Part shown: piece by piece, positions 47,581 to 58,035 of the stretch | How the letters are laid out: each line of letters starts with the position of its first letter | Numbering within the stretch: the first letter of the stretch is position 1 | Source: Pseudomonadota bacterium | GTDB taxonomy: Bacteria > Bdellovibrionota_B > Oligoflexia > Oligoflexales > CAIMVM01 | Length of the DNA: 64,000 nt | Direction of reading: 5' to 3' | Assembly (NCBI GenBank): GCA_037142195.1 | Contig: JBAXBA010000001.1 | Span: 64,001 to 128,000 of the forward strand | Notes under the pieces: model-generated | Seen by the model: the letters and a program-made list of their open reading frames with translations, nothing else | Told to the model about the DNA's origin: nothing | Database searches by the model: none | Made by a program: the position numbers and the translations under genes

Positions 47581-48387
47581 ATGGCCACGATGTGGGGTGA
47601 ACTCGCCGAAAGTATGCGAGCTGGAAACGGCTACATAGATGTTATGTTTGTTCTAGGGTTCATGGGAACTGTGGTTCTACTGGAACGCTTTACCATGTTG
47701 TTTTTTGTTTATAACATTAACAATAGGAAGTTTGTTGCTGAACTTCGAAAAATGGTTTTAGCCGATGACAAAGAACGCGCCATGAGCTACTGCAAAACCG
47801 TTTCTGGGACAGGGGTACCTTATATTGCTTTAAGAACGTTGGAAGCCCAAGCAACCGATCCAAGTTCTGTTAGGGGAGCCCTTGAGGAAGCTGCTATTGA
47901 ATTTATCCCAAAAATCGAAGCGCGCATCAATGTCATTCCAGCCATGGCGACTTTAATTCTTCTTACCGGGGTTCTAGGAAGTATCGATGGGTTATGGGGC
48001 GCCTTCCACTCCATCGATGTTCTAGATACGGCGAAAAAGCAGGCGATTTTGGCGCAGGGTGTTGCGGGATCTCTTGCCCCAACCTCTCTGGGTCTTCTTC
48101 TTTGCATGATTCTCTTGGCCGGCAGCCAAATGATTCGTGGGGTAGCAGTTACCATTACTGACAAGGTTCACCACGGTGTATCGGCCATTACAAACCTCCT
48201 AGTACCCAATGATGTCGCTATTGTTAATGCTCAGCCAGTTATTATATCTCAACAGACACTTGATAAATCCATGACACCCACTTCAAACGATTCGGCTAAT
48301 GCCTCGGCAAAACGGACTGGAGACAACCAAAATGCTTTCGATGACGTTACAATTGACGATATCAAAGACGAGGAAGAGATTATTTAA
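47581..48387 (+). CDS. MotA/TolQ/ExbB family protein (AglR-like), divergent
   Basis: TM1 followed by LER, PKIEARI, GVLGSIDGL..AF, LAQGVAGSL.PT.LGL, and an acidic tail. Confidence 0.85.
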   Translation: MATMWGELAESMRAGNGYIDVMFVLGFMGTVVLLERFTMLFFVYNINNRKFVAELRKMVLADDKERAMSYCKTVSGTGVPYIALRTLEAQATDPSSVRGALEEAAIEFIPKIEARINVIPAMATLILLTGVLGSIDGLWGAFHSIDVLDTAKKQAILAQGVAGSLAPTSLGLLLCMILLAGSQMIRGVAVTITDKVHHGVSAITNLLVPNDVAIVNAQPVIISQQTLDKSMTPTSNDSANASAKRTGDNQNAFDDVTIDDIKDEEEII

Positions 48388-48904
48388 AGACGATTGGTCT
48401 ATGCCCAACATATTTCTGGGCTTGATTATATTGTTTACGATTAGTGTCTTTGCACTGAGGGCTGCGAGCCTTGGGTGGAACTTTGGTTTAGTTTCTGTAA
48501 AAATTCCTCAGCTTATTTCTGAAGGTCGATATGACGAGCCGGCATCGCTTCAAGTAGCTGCTCATGCGCTGGCCCAGAAATCCGAGCGTGTATTAGGTGA
48601 CGGAGCCGTAACTGTTGTTTTAGGCAATGATGCTCTTTTTTTTGGTCCTTTAGAGGCCTTTTCTACCAAACTCGGAAATGTTAGAAACAAATTCAAGGTA
48701 CCCCATCTTAATGGTTCTCCGCAAGTAGGTCAGATGCTCTCAGACTTGAAAAAATGGTCTCTATTGAATCGAGAAATTTTGCCGAAGGTAGCCATACTAG
48801 TGCCCTTTCCAGGTGCACCGATGCCTATAGTCATTGAAGTCATCGACCAACTAAAGTCTGCTGGTGGTTTTTCGGATGTGGTACTTGGGAGCGGTCTCCA
48901 ATGA
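48332..48904 (+). CDS. ExbD/TolR-like protein 1 (AglQ/AglS-like); start at 48332, 48341 or 48401
   Basis: Basic N-terminus, single TM, VSVKIP, and C-terminal AILVP..GAPMPIVIEVIDQLKSAG. Follows the ExbB-like gene. Confidence 0.7.
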   Translation: MLSMTLQLTISKTRKRLFKDDWSMPNIFLGLIILFTISVFALRAASLGWNFGLVSVKIPQLISEGRYDEPASLQVAAHALAQKSERVLGDGAVTVVLGNDALFFGPLEAFSTKLGNVRNKFKVPHLNGSPQVGQMLSDLKKWSLLNREILPKVAILVPFPGAPMPIVIEVIDQLKSAGGFSDVVLGSGLQ

Positions 48905-49422
48905 GGACTTCACTTACGATCAAGCGGCTTTCGGAAATGAATACCAGGTTGAAACAAACCACATTTTGGTTTCCAGCGCCCGCATTTATAAGCATTGGTC
49001 TCGCGATGATCCTTACGGGACAAATTATCATTCATCTGAATCCTCGTTTAGGGTCATTGGCAGAGTTGCACGAAGGCGTGGGTGGGGAAGAGTTGGAAGG
49101 ATCCATCCTTATTATGGTATCGGTTTTAGGTGAAGAAGTTGTCGTCACAACCCCGGATACGCGAGTTTATCGCTGGTCGGCAGAGGACCCAGAGTCCGGT
49201 GACTTTAAAGACTTTAAAGCCTATCTCCAAACGCGCTCAAAAGAGCTTCTCACAGAGTTTTCTGTAGAACGACGTGCCACCCCAACTCGAACGTCCATTG
49301 TCGTTTCCGCTGACCGTAGATCGACTTGGTACCATATCCATCCTCTTATCGCAGCATTTGCCGAGTCGGGATTTGATTCTTATGGATTTGAAACAAAGAA
49401 ATTGAAGGACCACTCTTTTTAA
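48901..49422 (+). CDS. ExbD/TolR-like protein 2
   Basis: Single TM and C-terminal IVVSADRRSTWYHI..LIAAFAESGF. ATGA coupling to the upstream gene. Confidence 0.75.
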   Translation: MRTSLTIKRLSEMNTRLKQTTFWFPAPAFISIGLAMILTGQIIIHLNPRLGSLAELHEGVGGEELEGSILIMVSVLGEEVVVTTPDTRVYRWSAEDPESGDFKDFKAYLQTRSKELLTEFSVERRATPTRTSIVVSADRRSTWYHIHPLIAAFAESGFDSYGFETKKLKDHSF

Positions 49423-51059
49423 TGTCAATAATGTCAAGAAACCACAGAAATTATAGAGTTGAACTTCGCATCCTTCAAAATGGCGCTGCTATTAAGGACG
49501 TAGATCTTCCATTAAAGGCGTCAGGGCTTCTTTCTCTTTCCAGTAGAGAAACTGACATTCTAGGACTGAATCTTTATCCTCTATCAAGAAATATCCCGAT
49601 TTTAAAAATTGGTAAAAATGACGCTCAAGTCTTTATTGATCATGCCTGGGAAGGTTTTGTGGTCTCAAGCGGAAAGATGAAAGACGTCCTTCCACACAAA
49701 TCACTTGGTGACATCTACGTCATGAAGCCCGACGATTTTGCTTCCTTGGCCTGGCATGATTTACGTCTTCTTATTTACATTAGAGAGCCTATTGTAAAAT
49801 CGAAAGCACGCCATGGCTCAGACTCAAAATATCTTTCCTCTCCTCTATCCACAATGATTAGTGACAAGTGGCAATGGGGCACTAATCTATTGGCTTTAGG
49901 TGTCTGTCTCTTTCTTTTTGCCGCGTTTAGGACCGCACTCTCCAGCTTGCCTAACCAAAGACCAGAATCGTTTGAAGATTTGGACAATTCTTATACCCTC
50001 CCCTTTATAAGTGCCGATTTGCTAAAGATCGCACCGGAAGTTTTACAAGAAGATTTAGAGGTTGACCGCCCGATTCGCTCTCTTCTAGCTTGGCATCGCA
50101 ACTACCTGAGCAATGCATTTACTTGGAAACAAACTTCAACAAACCCTGACCATCAATCCCTAGGAGAACGGGCCAAAGAGGAAAAAGAGGGCGCTGAGGC
50201 CGATCTAGCAAAAATTCAAGGAACATTGGCATCCCTTTCTGAGGCCGCCAGAAACTCTCCTATTGCTGCGCAAATACAAATCCCCGTCGTGGTTGGTCCC
50301 AGCTTTTCCCAGAAGGTTGTCGCGGTCTTAAATCGATTTGAGTACATTTCAACCAATGCCAATGCTCGTTTAGAAACTAAGAAATCGTTTCAAGCTGAAT
50401 TCCTCAAAGGGTCAGGCTACAACTGGGACGATTATCAAAGAAAGAATGTGACCCAAAAGAACGACGCGCTAACCACAATTGCCCACGGCTTATTCAGCGT
50501 TGATAAAGAAAAAGCGCTTTACGAGCAGTTTGATATCCTTAGCCGCCGCGCCGAAGGATATCGGCAAGAATATCTTTCTGGACTTGAGGACCAAGGAGCC
50601 CTTTTAGATGCACCAGGAATCCTCCTTAAAACAACTCCTGGGGTGGTTGGAATAAGTGAAGGGACCATACCTAGAATTGACTTGAGAAAGCTTGCAATGC
50701 TCCCTGTTTCTACGTTTGGTTCTAAAGAAAAGGCAGATAAGCCACTAGAACCATTAACAGGAAAAGTCAATCAGTCATTGCTTCGTCAGGCCCTTTTGTC
50801 ACAAAGAATGGAGATACAGTTGTGCTATGAGGCTGCTCTTAGGCGGAATATCAGCCAGAAGGGCAAAATGCGGTGGGAATGGATACTTGACACCGAGGGC
50901 CAGATTACGGATATTCAATTGGTGCGTTCAGAAATCGGTGACAACGATATGGCACGGTGTGTTCGACGAAAGATATCCGTTTTTAAACTTCCCAAGCCTA
51001 AGCTAGGAAGTATAAAGATTTCACATATATTTGATTTCAGACCCGAAAAGAACTTGTAA
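49422..51059 (+). CDS. Bitopic protein with an AgmX/PglI (TonB-C-like) C-terminal domain, GltG-like
   Basis: Cytoplasmic N-domain, one TM, helical periplasmic part, and IQLCYEAALRRN....GKMRWEW.L...G....MARCVRRKI..FKLPKP. Confidence 0.8.
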   Translation: MSIMSRNHRNYRVELRILQNGAAIKDVDLPLKASGLLSLSSRETDILGLNLYPLSRNIPILKIGKNDAQVFIDHAWEGFVVSSGKMKDVLPHKSLGDIYVMKPDDFASLAWHDLRLLIYIREPIVKSKARHGSDSKYLSSPLSTMISDKWQWGTNLLALGVCLFLFAAFRTALSSLPNQRPESFEDLDNSYTLPFISADLLKIAPEVLQEDLEVDRPIRSLLAWHRNYLSNAFTWKQTSTNPDHQSLGERAKEEKEGAEADLAKIQGTLASLSEAARNSPIAAQIQIPVVVGPSFSQKVVAVLNRFEYISTNANARLETKKSFQAEFLKGSGYNWDDYQRKNVTQKNDALTTIAHGLFSVDKEKALYEQFDILSRRAEGYRQEYLSGLEDQGALLDAPGILLKTTPGVVGISEGTIPRIDLRKLAMLPVSTFGSKEKADKPLEPLTGKVNQSLLRQALLSQRMEIQLCYEAALRRNISQKGKMRWEWILDTEGQITDIQLVRSEIGDNDMARCVRRKISVFKLPKPKLGSIKISHIFDFRPEKNL

Positions 51060-51063
51060 GGTA

Positions 51064-52755
51064 ATGATGAATATTGAACTTGGCTCGGCGTTTAACTCGC
51101 AGGGAATTGTCGTGTTTCCTATTGGCGGATGCGGTGAATTCGGCAAAAATATGACTGGTTATGTGGTTGACGGCCGCCTTTTTGTGGTGGACGCCGGCCT
51201 GCTCTTTGCAGACGCGAGAAGCCTTGGCGTCGCTTCAGTCATTCCTGATGTGACCGAGATTTTTAAGAAGTTTGGTGGTCCAACTGCTTACATCATCACC
51301 CATGGGCACGAAGACCACATTGGAGCTCTGCCCTTCATTTGCCGAGACTGGCCTGCTCTGATTTATGCTACACCTTGGACCTGCCGTCTTATTGAAGGCA
51401 AATTTGACCGCCACGGCCTTCAAGGGCTTAAAGGCTCCATTCGCAAGGTGAATGCTGGAGATATCTTTACCATTGGTAAAGTCAAATTTGAGTATTTACA
51501 TGTAAATCACTCGATCCCAGATGCCTGCGCCGTAATCATTGAACACAAAGGCACGAAAATACTTCATACAGGCGACTTCAAAGTCGATTTAAAATGCGAA
51601 GAGTGCCCTCCTATCCGCCTTGAAGAGTATAGGCGGCATAAAGATATCACTTTGATGCTTGCTGATTCTACGAACGCTTCCCATCCGGGTGTCGGGCCTG
51701 GAGAAGCTGAAGTGGTTGACCCGCTAAGAAAAGCTATTTTGGAATGCCGTGGGCGCACTATTATTTCAACTTTTGCAAGTAACTTGTGGCGCCTTCAAAT
51801 TGTAGTAAAACTCGCTAAAGAGCTCGGTAAAAAAGTTTTAGTGTCAGGAACAGGCATCGATAACTGCCTAAAGCTTGCGGAGGAACTTGGTCACTTTAAA
51901 TGGCCCGATGGGGTAAAAGTGAGTCCGGAACATCTCAAAAAAGTCGAAGATCGAGATTTGATTGTGCTGGCTACAGGTTGCCAAGCTGAAAATAGAGCTT
52001 CTCTCTATAAAATGGCTTACGGCGAACATAGAGACATTAAAATTATGCCCAATGATTCCGTGATTATTTCGGCCCGTACCATTCCTGGAAATGAAAAAGA
52101 TGTGGCCGCGCTCATTAGTGAACTAAGAAGATTAGGAGCCCATGTCATAACCACACGCAGCCATCCTGGTATTCACGTATCAGGACACGCCTACGCCGGT
52201 GAGATTAAACTTTTGTTAGAAGCGGCAAATCCAAAGTATTTTATGCCCGTTCACGGTACCTACGCTCAAATCTGTGACAATCAAATCCTTGGTAATAGTC
52301 TGCGCTTTCAGACCATCATTCCTGATAACGGAGCTGTACTTGAAGTCCATAAGGAAAAGGGCGTTCGCCAAATTGGCGAGGTAGACGTCCCCCTCCTTTA
52401 TGTAGACGGCGAGTCGTCCGCTCTGCTTCATTATGAAACGATCCGCGAGAGACTTCGAGTCGGTGAGCTAGGCGGCGTTATCATTTCAGGCATCATTGAT
52501 GTCAAAAAAGGCGTTTGGGCCAAAGGCCCCACCCTGGAATCCCTAGGCCTCATGAACGAGTCGAAGAAAAAAGGTTTAGATGAATTTGGCTGGGCCAACG
52601 AACTCTTGGATGAAATCAAAGCTTGGGGAAAATCCTTAAAGGTCCCCCCAACCGATGCAGATGTCTCGGAAGTGGTTCGTGTGGCAGTGCGCCGAAAGCT
52701 CGCTAATGAATTCCGTAAGAAACCTGTGGTCGTCTCAAACATATGGCTTCTCTAG
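51064..52755 (+). CDS. rnj: Ribonuclease J
   Basis: PIGGCGEFGKN, THGHEDHIGA, NHSIPD, HTGDFK, DSTN, IPGNE, HVSGH, PVHG. Confidence 0.95.
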   Translation: MMNIELGSAFNSQGIVVFPIGGCGEFGKNMTGYVVDGRLFVVDAGLLFADARSLGVASVIPDVTEIFKKFGGPTAYIITHGHEDHIGALPFICRDWPALIYATPWTCRLIEGKFDRHGLQGLKGSIRKVNAGDIFTIGKVKFEYLHVNHSIPDACAVIIEHKGTKILHTGDFKVDLKCEECPPIRLEEYRRHKDITLMLADSTNASHPGVGPGEAEVVDPLRKAILECRGRTIISTFASNLWRLQIVVKLAKELGKKVLVSGTGIDNCLKLAEELGHFKWPDGVKVSPEHLKKVEDRDLIVLATGCQAENRASLYKMAYGEHRDIKIMPNDSVIISARTIPGNEKDVAALISELRRLGAHVITTRSHPGIHVSGHAYAGEIKLLLEAANPKYFMPVHGTYAQICDNQILGNSLRFQTIIPDNGAVLEVHKEKGVRQIGEVDVPLLYVDGESSALLHYETIRERLRVGELGGVIISGIIDVKKGVWAKGPTLESLGLMNESKKKGLDEFGWANELLDEIKAWGKSLKVPPTDADVSEVVRVAVRRKLANEFRKKPVVVSNIWLL

Positions 52756-53342
52756 ACCCATTGCTCGTGCTTTCTGCTGCCCCTTTTGAGGCCCAGCCTT
52801 TGCTTGAGCTCTTATCAGCCCATAACTTGTCTTATGAGTACATGTCTTTTGGAATCGGATCCATCGCTTCGGCATGGGGCGCTCAAAGCTTGGCAGAGAA
52901 ATGCCGTGGAAAGCACGTCTTGATTTTGGGAAGCGCAGGATGTTTCTATCCATTTCAATCCCCTTATCTCATAAAAACAAAAACGATATTCTGGAAGCCC
53001 AGATGTGTCAGTGAAAAATTATCTGAGTTAATTGAAGGCCAAGAGCTACCATGGGCTTCTGATAGTAAAAGCTTGCTATCGTTTTCCCTTCCCTCGGCAG
53101 ATGTCTATACTACCCCCGGTATTTCCGTGGCTTCCTCTGACATGGTTGATTCCAAAGTCGTTGAAAATCTAGAGATGTATTCTTTGTTGCCTATATATCT
53201 TGCTTCTAAGACCTTTGACGCTTTTCTTGTGATTACAAATTCCGTAGGCCCCGATGGTCGTACCCTATGGAAAGATCATTTTAAGAGCGGAGCTCAATTG
53301 ACGGCACAAACCCTTTTGCCTCATCTAATTGCCAGTCTTTAA
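52743..53342 (+). CDS. Nucleoside phosphorylase-family protein (MTA/SAH nucleosidase or futalosine hydrolase-like)
   Basis: AAPFE, GIGSIASA, LGSAG, VENLE and ITNSVG fit the PNP/UDP fold. Confidence 0.6.
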   Translation: MASLDPLLVLSAAPFEAQPLLELLSAHNLSYEYMSFGIGSIASAWGAQSLAEKCRGKHVLILGSAGCFYPFQSPYLIKTKTIFWKPRCVSEKLSELIEGQELPWASDSKSLLSFSLPSADVYTTPGISVASSDMVDSKVVENLEMYSLLPIYLASKTFDAFLVITNSVGPDGRTLWKDHFKSGAQLTAQTLLPHLIASL

Positions 53343-53354
53343 TAAGGTCTTCGC

Positions 53355-53398
53355 CTTCATAGGAAACTTTTGCAAACTTGAATAAGTTTCCTATGAAG
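53355..53398. repeat. 15-bp perfect inverted repeat with a 14-nt spacer
   Basis: CTTCATAGGAAACTT ... AAGTTTCCTATGAAG, just after the end of the operon. Confidence 0.8.
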
Positions 53399-53573
53399 AT
53401 AAAATAGTGGCTCCTTTTAAGCAGGAATATTGTAAAATATCTTTAGAAATCTTCACGGCCTCAAACAGGGACGATCCTGGTTGAAAATTTGCATTAGGCC
53501 GTAGGATTCATGCTTTTTGGGGAATTCATTTTAAGATGAATGGTTACACAATGTCGCTTGAGGTGAAGTCCTA

Positions 53574-54317
53574 ATGTTACAAATTAGATACAATGCCAAA
53601 ACAGATATTGGTAACGTCAGGAAAGTAAATCAAGATTCCTACCTTTTAAACTCTGATATTGGGCTATTTGTGGTTTGTGACGGCATGGGAGGCCACGCCG
53701 GCGGGGAGATCGCAAGTTCCATTTGTTGCGCAGCCATGGAAAGGTATTTTAGCTCTTCAGAGCTTCCCGAAAGCTCGGATGAGTCCAAGTACCACTTGGC
53801 CCTTTCTACCAGCATCAATCAAGCAAGCACTGAAATTTACGAAGAGGCTCTCAGAAATCCGGATCTTAAGGGCATGGGTACCACAGCTACTAGTGCGCTC
53901 ATTCGTGATGGAAGACTTCATTGTGGACATGTTGGTGACTCTCGTCTCTATCTTTTAAGAAAAAAGTTTCTTTATCTTCTAAGCAATGATCACTCGCTTA
54001 TTTTTGAGCAAATTAAGGCAGGAATCCTCACAGAAGAAGAAGCGCAGTCTCACCGGTTGAGAAATATTATCACTAGAAGTGTTGGTTTTTTAGAAGAAGA
54101 ATTTGTCGATTGTTTTTCTGTAGATCTAGAGCCCGACGACTATATTTTGCTTTGCAGCGATGGGCTTACAGGAAAAATGAACAATTACGAAATTTGCGAG
54201 CAGATACTGGCTCACGAATTGGCAGCGGTCGGTCACTTTATAAATATCGCTAAAGAACGCGGCGGAGAAGACAATATCACTGCGGTTTTACTTAAGGTTT
54301 GTTTGCCAGATTCTTAA
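53574..54317 (+). CDS. PP2C-family Ser/Thr protein phosphatase (Stp1/PrpC)
   Basis: TDIG.VR..NQD, VCDGMGGHAGG, MGTT, HVGDSR, DHS, LCSDGL, GGEDNIT. Confidence 0.95.
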   Translation: MLQIRYNAKTDIGNVRKVNQDSYLLNSDIGLFVVCDGMGGHAGGEIASSICCAAMERYFSSSELPESSDESKYHLALSTSINQASTEIYEEALRNPDLKGMGTTATSALIRDGRLHCGHVGDSRLYLLRKKFLYLLSNDHSLIFEQIKAGILTEEEAQSHRLRNIITRSVGFLEEEFVDCFSVDLEPDDYILLCSDGLTGKMNNYEICEQILAHELAAVGHFINIAKERGGEDNITAVLLKVCLPDS

Positions 54318-54349
54318 TGATTTGATTTCTATAACTATCGAGGCTTTAA

Positions 54350-55285
54350 GTGGGTCATGTCAGCATTATTATTTCTGGTGATCGGTCTCAGCCAAAGACG
54401 GAATTTCATATTCGAAAAATTTGGGTCACCCTATTTTATGTTTTGGCTTGTGTCAGTGCCCTTTTACTTGGAGTGGGACTAGCAGACTACATTCAACTTT
54501 TAAAATTGCAAGACAACTACACGGTAGCCATTACTGAAAATCAGCAACTTAAGGGCGAAGCTCAAATCTTGATGACAAATCTTGAGGATTTAAAAAAGGG
54601 CCTCTTTCGGGTTGAAGAGTTCGCAGGAAAACTAGATTCTCTTGTTCAATCTCAAGATTCGGCGGTCAAGAGTGAAACGGGCATTGATGCTCCTAAGCCC
54701 GAAAAACACACGACGCCTAGAAAGCCGGTGAATAACACAAGGTCTTGGCCGCTTGGTATATCCATAGACTCTTTGATTTTCAGGCCGCTTGTAGAAAATA
54801 TTCAGTCGGCACAATCGAAGTCGGAACTCCTGATTTTGGATCTCCAAACACTTTTGTCCAAAATCCAAGCCCACTCTTCGCTGCTTGCAGCTCTGCCGGT
54901 TGGCAAGCCGGTTGAAGGCTGGGTAGCCTCGATTTTTGGATATAGAGTTTCACCATTCACGGGCATGAACTCCAGTCACCAAGGAATCGATATTGCGGCC
55001 CCTATCGGCACCCCCGTTTTAGCGCCGGCTGACGGGGTTGTTATCTATAGCGGCACCAAAGAGGGGTTTGGTAATTTTTTAATGATTGCACACGGTTACG
55101 GCGTAGTAACCCGCTATGGGCATAACTCGGCGCTTCTTGTAAAAGTCGGTCAAAGAATTACAAAAGGTGAGCAAATTGCTGCCGTTGGTGATACCGGACG
55201 TTCCACCGGTCCCCATTTGCATTATGAGATTTGGGTAAATGGGCGGGTCGTGAACCCTAACCGCTATCTCTTAGGAAATTTTTAA
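54350..55285 (+). CDS. M23 family metallopeptidase
   Basis: TM plus coiled coil, HQGIDIAA (HxxxD), TRYGH, GRSTGPHLHYE (HxH). Confidence 0.93.
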   Translation: MGHVSIIISGDRSQPKTEFHIRKIWVTLFYVLACVSALLLGVGLADYIQLLKLQDNYTVAITENQQLKGEAQILMTNLEDLKKGLFRVEEFAGKLDSLVQSQDSAVKSETGIDAPKPEKHTTPRKPVNNTRSWPLGISIDSLIFRPLVENIQSAQSKSELLILDLQTLLSKIQAHSSLLAALPVGKPVEGWVASIFGYRVSPFTGMNSSHQGIDIAAPIGTPVLAPADGVVIYSGTKEGFGNFLMIAHGYGVVTRYGHNSALLVKVGQRITKGEQIAAVGDTGRSTGPHLHYEIWVNGRVVNPNRYLLGNF

Positions 55286-55307
55286 CTCTTCCAGAACTTT
55301 TTTGTAG

Positions 55308-55341
55308 GGGAGCTCTTTTCCTTCGAAAGCGAGCTCCTTTT
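55308..55341 (+). terminator. Hairpin or terminator between the M23 gene and secA
   Basis: GGAGCTC...GAGCTCC followed by TTTT. Confidence 0.5.
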
Positions 55342-55396
55342 CTGCTACAGTTCGTTCACTGTTTTTAAAAGCAATTTAAGCAAAAAAGGCTTCTTA

Positions 55397-58000
55397 ATGA
55401 GTTTAATCGCAAAGCTATTTGGCACCCGAAACGACCGGCTCATAAATCGCGAAATCAGACCTCTGGTTGACAGAATTAACGGCCTCGAGTCAGGATTGAT
55501 TTCTCTTTCCGATATTCAGATAAAAGAACGCTCCATGGCCCTCAGACTTCGTCTGCAAAATGGCGAGCCGTTAAAGAACGCGCTTCCTGAGGCTTATGCA
55601 CTTTGTAGGGAAGCGTCTAAACGCGCTCTTGGGATGCGCCATTTCGATGTTCAGTTGATTGGTGGTATCGTTTTAAATTCAGGAAAAATTGCTGAAATGA
55701 AAACCGGAGAAGGTAAAACTTTGACGGCAACTCTCCCTTGCTACCTTCACGGTCTATCTGGAAAAGGTGCCCATGTTATCACGGTCAATGACTATTTGGC
55801 AGAACGTGATGCCACTCAGGTGGGAAGACTTTTCGACTTTCTTGGTCTTAGAACTGGCATCATTCATCATGGGTTGTCAGATCAAGAGAGAAAAGATGCC
55901 TATGCTGCTGACATTACCTATGGAACAAACAATGAAATAGGGTTCGATTTTCTTCGAGACAATATGAAGACGGAACCTGAGCGTCTTGTTCAACGTGGCT
56001 TCAATTTTGGTATTGTTGACGAAGTTGATTCGATCCTAATTGATGAAGCTAGAACACCGTTGATTATCTCTGGCCCTTCAGACACTAAGACTGAGCTTTA
56101 TGTCGTGGTAAACCATGCCATTCCAGGTCTGCAAAAGGACTCTGACTACGTTTTTGATGAAAAATCGCGAGCCGTATCTCTCACCGAAGATGGCATTTCT
56201 AAGCTAGAAAAGCGCCTCAAAGTTGACAATCTATATGATCCTAAAAATATCGATTGGTTGCATCATGTAAACCAAGCCCTTAAGGCCCAAATCGTATTCA
56301 AAAAAGACGTTGACTACGTTGTGCGCGGTGGTGAGGTGGTTATTGTCGATGAGTTTACGGGAAGACTCATGCCGGGTCGCCGCTATAGCGACGGCCTCCA
56401 TGGTGCCCTGGAAGCCAAAGAAAACGTGCAGGTTCAAAGAGAGACTCAAACTTTAGCTACAGTTACTTTCCAAAATCTCTTCAGAATGTATAAAACACTG
56501 GCTGGCATGACAGGTACCGCAGACACAGAAGCAGCGGAATTTCAAAAGATTTATAATCTCGATGTCGTTGTTGTTCCTACTAACAGAGTGATGATTCGAA
56601 AAGATGAACAAGACCTGGTGTACCGAACAGCCAAAGAAAAGTATGTTGCCATAGCAGATGAAATTGCTTTGGCTCAAGCCAAGGGCCAACCTGTCTTGGT
56701 GGGAACAGTTTCCGTTGAAAAATCAGAACTTCTTTCCAGTCTTTTAACCAAGAAAGACATCCCCCATGAAGTCTTGAATGCCAAGAACCATGCTCGAGAA
56801 GCCACTATTATCGAAGAAGCTGGACTTAAAAATAGAGTCACGATCGCCACCAACATGGCGGGCCGGGGTACAGATATCAAGCTTGGAGAGGGTGTCTCTG
56901 ACGTGGGCGGACTTTACGTCATCGGTACAGAAAGACATGACTCGCGGCGCATTGACAATCAGCTTAGAGGCCGATCTGGACGTCAAGGGGATCCTGGTCG
57001 CTCTAAGTTTTTTCTTTCCTTAGAAGATGATTTGATGCGAATTTTCGCCTCTGATCGCCTGGGCCAGGTCATGAAAACCCTTGGTATGAAAGACGGCGAA
57101 GCGATCGAGTCTCCCATGGTCTCTCGGGCTATTGAGCGGGCTCAAAAGCGAGTAGAAGAGCAAAATTTCTCTAGCCGAAAGCACCTCTTAGAATACGACG
57201 ACGTTATGAATCAACAGCGGCAAGTGATCTATTCTAGAAGATCTGCGGCATTGAATGGTCAGTCTGATTTAGATTTTTTTGGGGAATCTGTCACCAGAGC
57301 TGCCTCAACTATTATTCAAAAGTATTCTCCCGAAGCGACGAATTCCGATAGCTGGCAATTAGATCCTGCAGGCAAAGAACTTTCTGCAGAGTTTGGCCTC
57401 GAGATAGATCTCGAAAAGATTACATCAGAGACCCAGCATACCGTTGCTAGCCTATCTGAATCCGTACTTGATTTTGTCAGTGGTGACTTTGAACGCAAAC
57501 TTGCGGGCATTGAACCCGCTATTGCGGAAAGAATCTGCAGTTATATCTATCTGCAAGTTATCGACCATGCTTGGAAAAATCATCTTTTAGCCATGGATGC
57601 TTTAAAGGACTCCGTTTCACTGCGGGGCTATGGACAAAGAGACCCACTTCAGGAATACAAAAAAGAAGCCTTCACTCTCTTCCAAGGCTTGGTTCAAAGA
57701 ATCGAAGATGAAACAACCCTAACGCTTTTGAGAATGCCCAAACCCACTTTGTCCATGGCGCGCCCCCCAGAAATGGAAGAATCAGAGATGGACTTTGTGC
57801 ACCCAGATGCGTCTCCAGCAAAAGTCACAGAGAAAGAACCTCTAGAAGAAGATCGGATGATCTATCACGGCACAAGGCTCGACCGAGAAGCTCCGCAAGC
57901 GCAAGGTACTTTTAGAAATACCGACAAAGTGGGCCGCAACGACCCCTGTCCTTGCGGATCAGGAAAGAAGTTTAAGCAGTGCCACGGCAAATTGGGTTAA
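55397..58000 (+). CDS. secA: Preprotein translocase ATPase SecA
   Basis: [58 protein letters not shown] motif [19 protein letters not shown]. Confidence 0.99.
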   Translation: MSLIAKLFGTRNDRLINREIRPLVDRINGLESGLISLSDIQIKERSMALRLRLQNGEPLKNALPEAYALCREASKRALGMRHFDVQLIGGIVLNSGKIAEMKTGEGKTLTATLPCYLHGLSGKGAHVITVNDYLAERDATQVGRLFDFLGLRTGIIHHGLSDQERKDAYAADITYGTNNEIGFDFLRDNMKTEPERLVQRGFNFGIVDEVDSILIDEARTPLIISGPSDTKTELYVVVNHAIPGLQKDSDYVFDEKSRAVSLTEDGISKLEKRLKVDNLYDPKNIDWLHHVNQALKAQIVFKKDVDYVVRGGEVVIVDEFTGRLMPGRRYSDGLHGALEAKENVQVQRETQTLATVTFQNLFRMYKTLAGMTGTADTEAAEFQKIYNLDVVVVPTNRVMIRKDEQDLVYRTAKEKYVAIADEIALAQAKGQPVLVGTVSVEKSELLSSLLTKKDIPHEVLNAKNHAREATIIEEAGLKNRVTIATNMAGRGTDIKLGEGVSDVGGLYVIGTERHDSRRIDNQLRGRSGRQGDPGRSKFFLSLEDDLMRIFASDRLGQVMKTLGMKDGEAIESPMVSRAIERAQKRVEEQNFSSRKHLLEYDDVMNQQRQVIYSRRSAALNGQSDLDFFGESVTRAASTIIQKYSPEATNSDSWQLDPAGKELSAEFGLEIDLEKITSETQHTVASLSESVLDFVSGDFERKLAGIEPAIAERICSYIYLQVIDHAWKNHLLAMDALKDSVSLRGYGQRDPLQEYKKEAFTLFQGLVQRIEDETTLTLLRMPKPTLSMARPPEMEESEMDFVHPDASPAKVTEKEPLEEDRMIYHGTRLDREAPQAQGTFRNTDKVGRNDPCPCGSGKKFKQCHGKLG

Positions 58001-58035
58001 ATTGAATTTGAAAGTGAATAGCAAAGGAATAGAAA

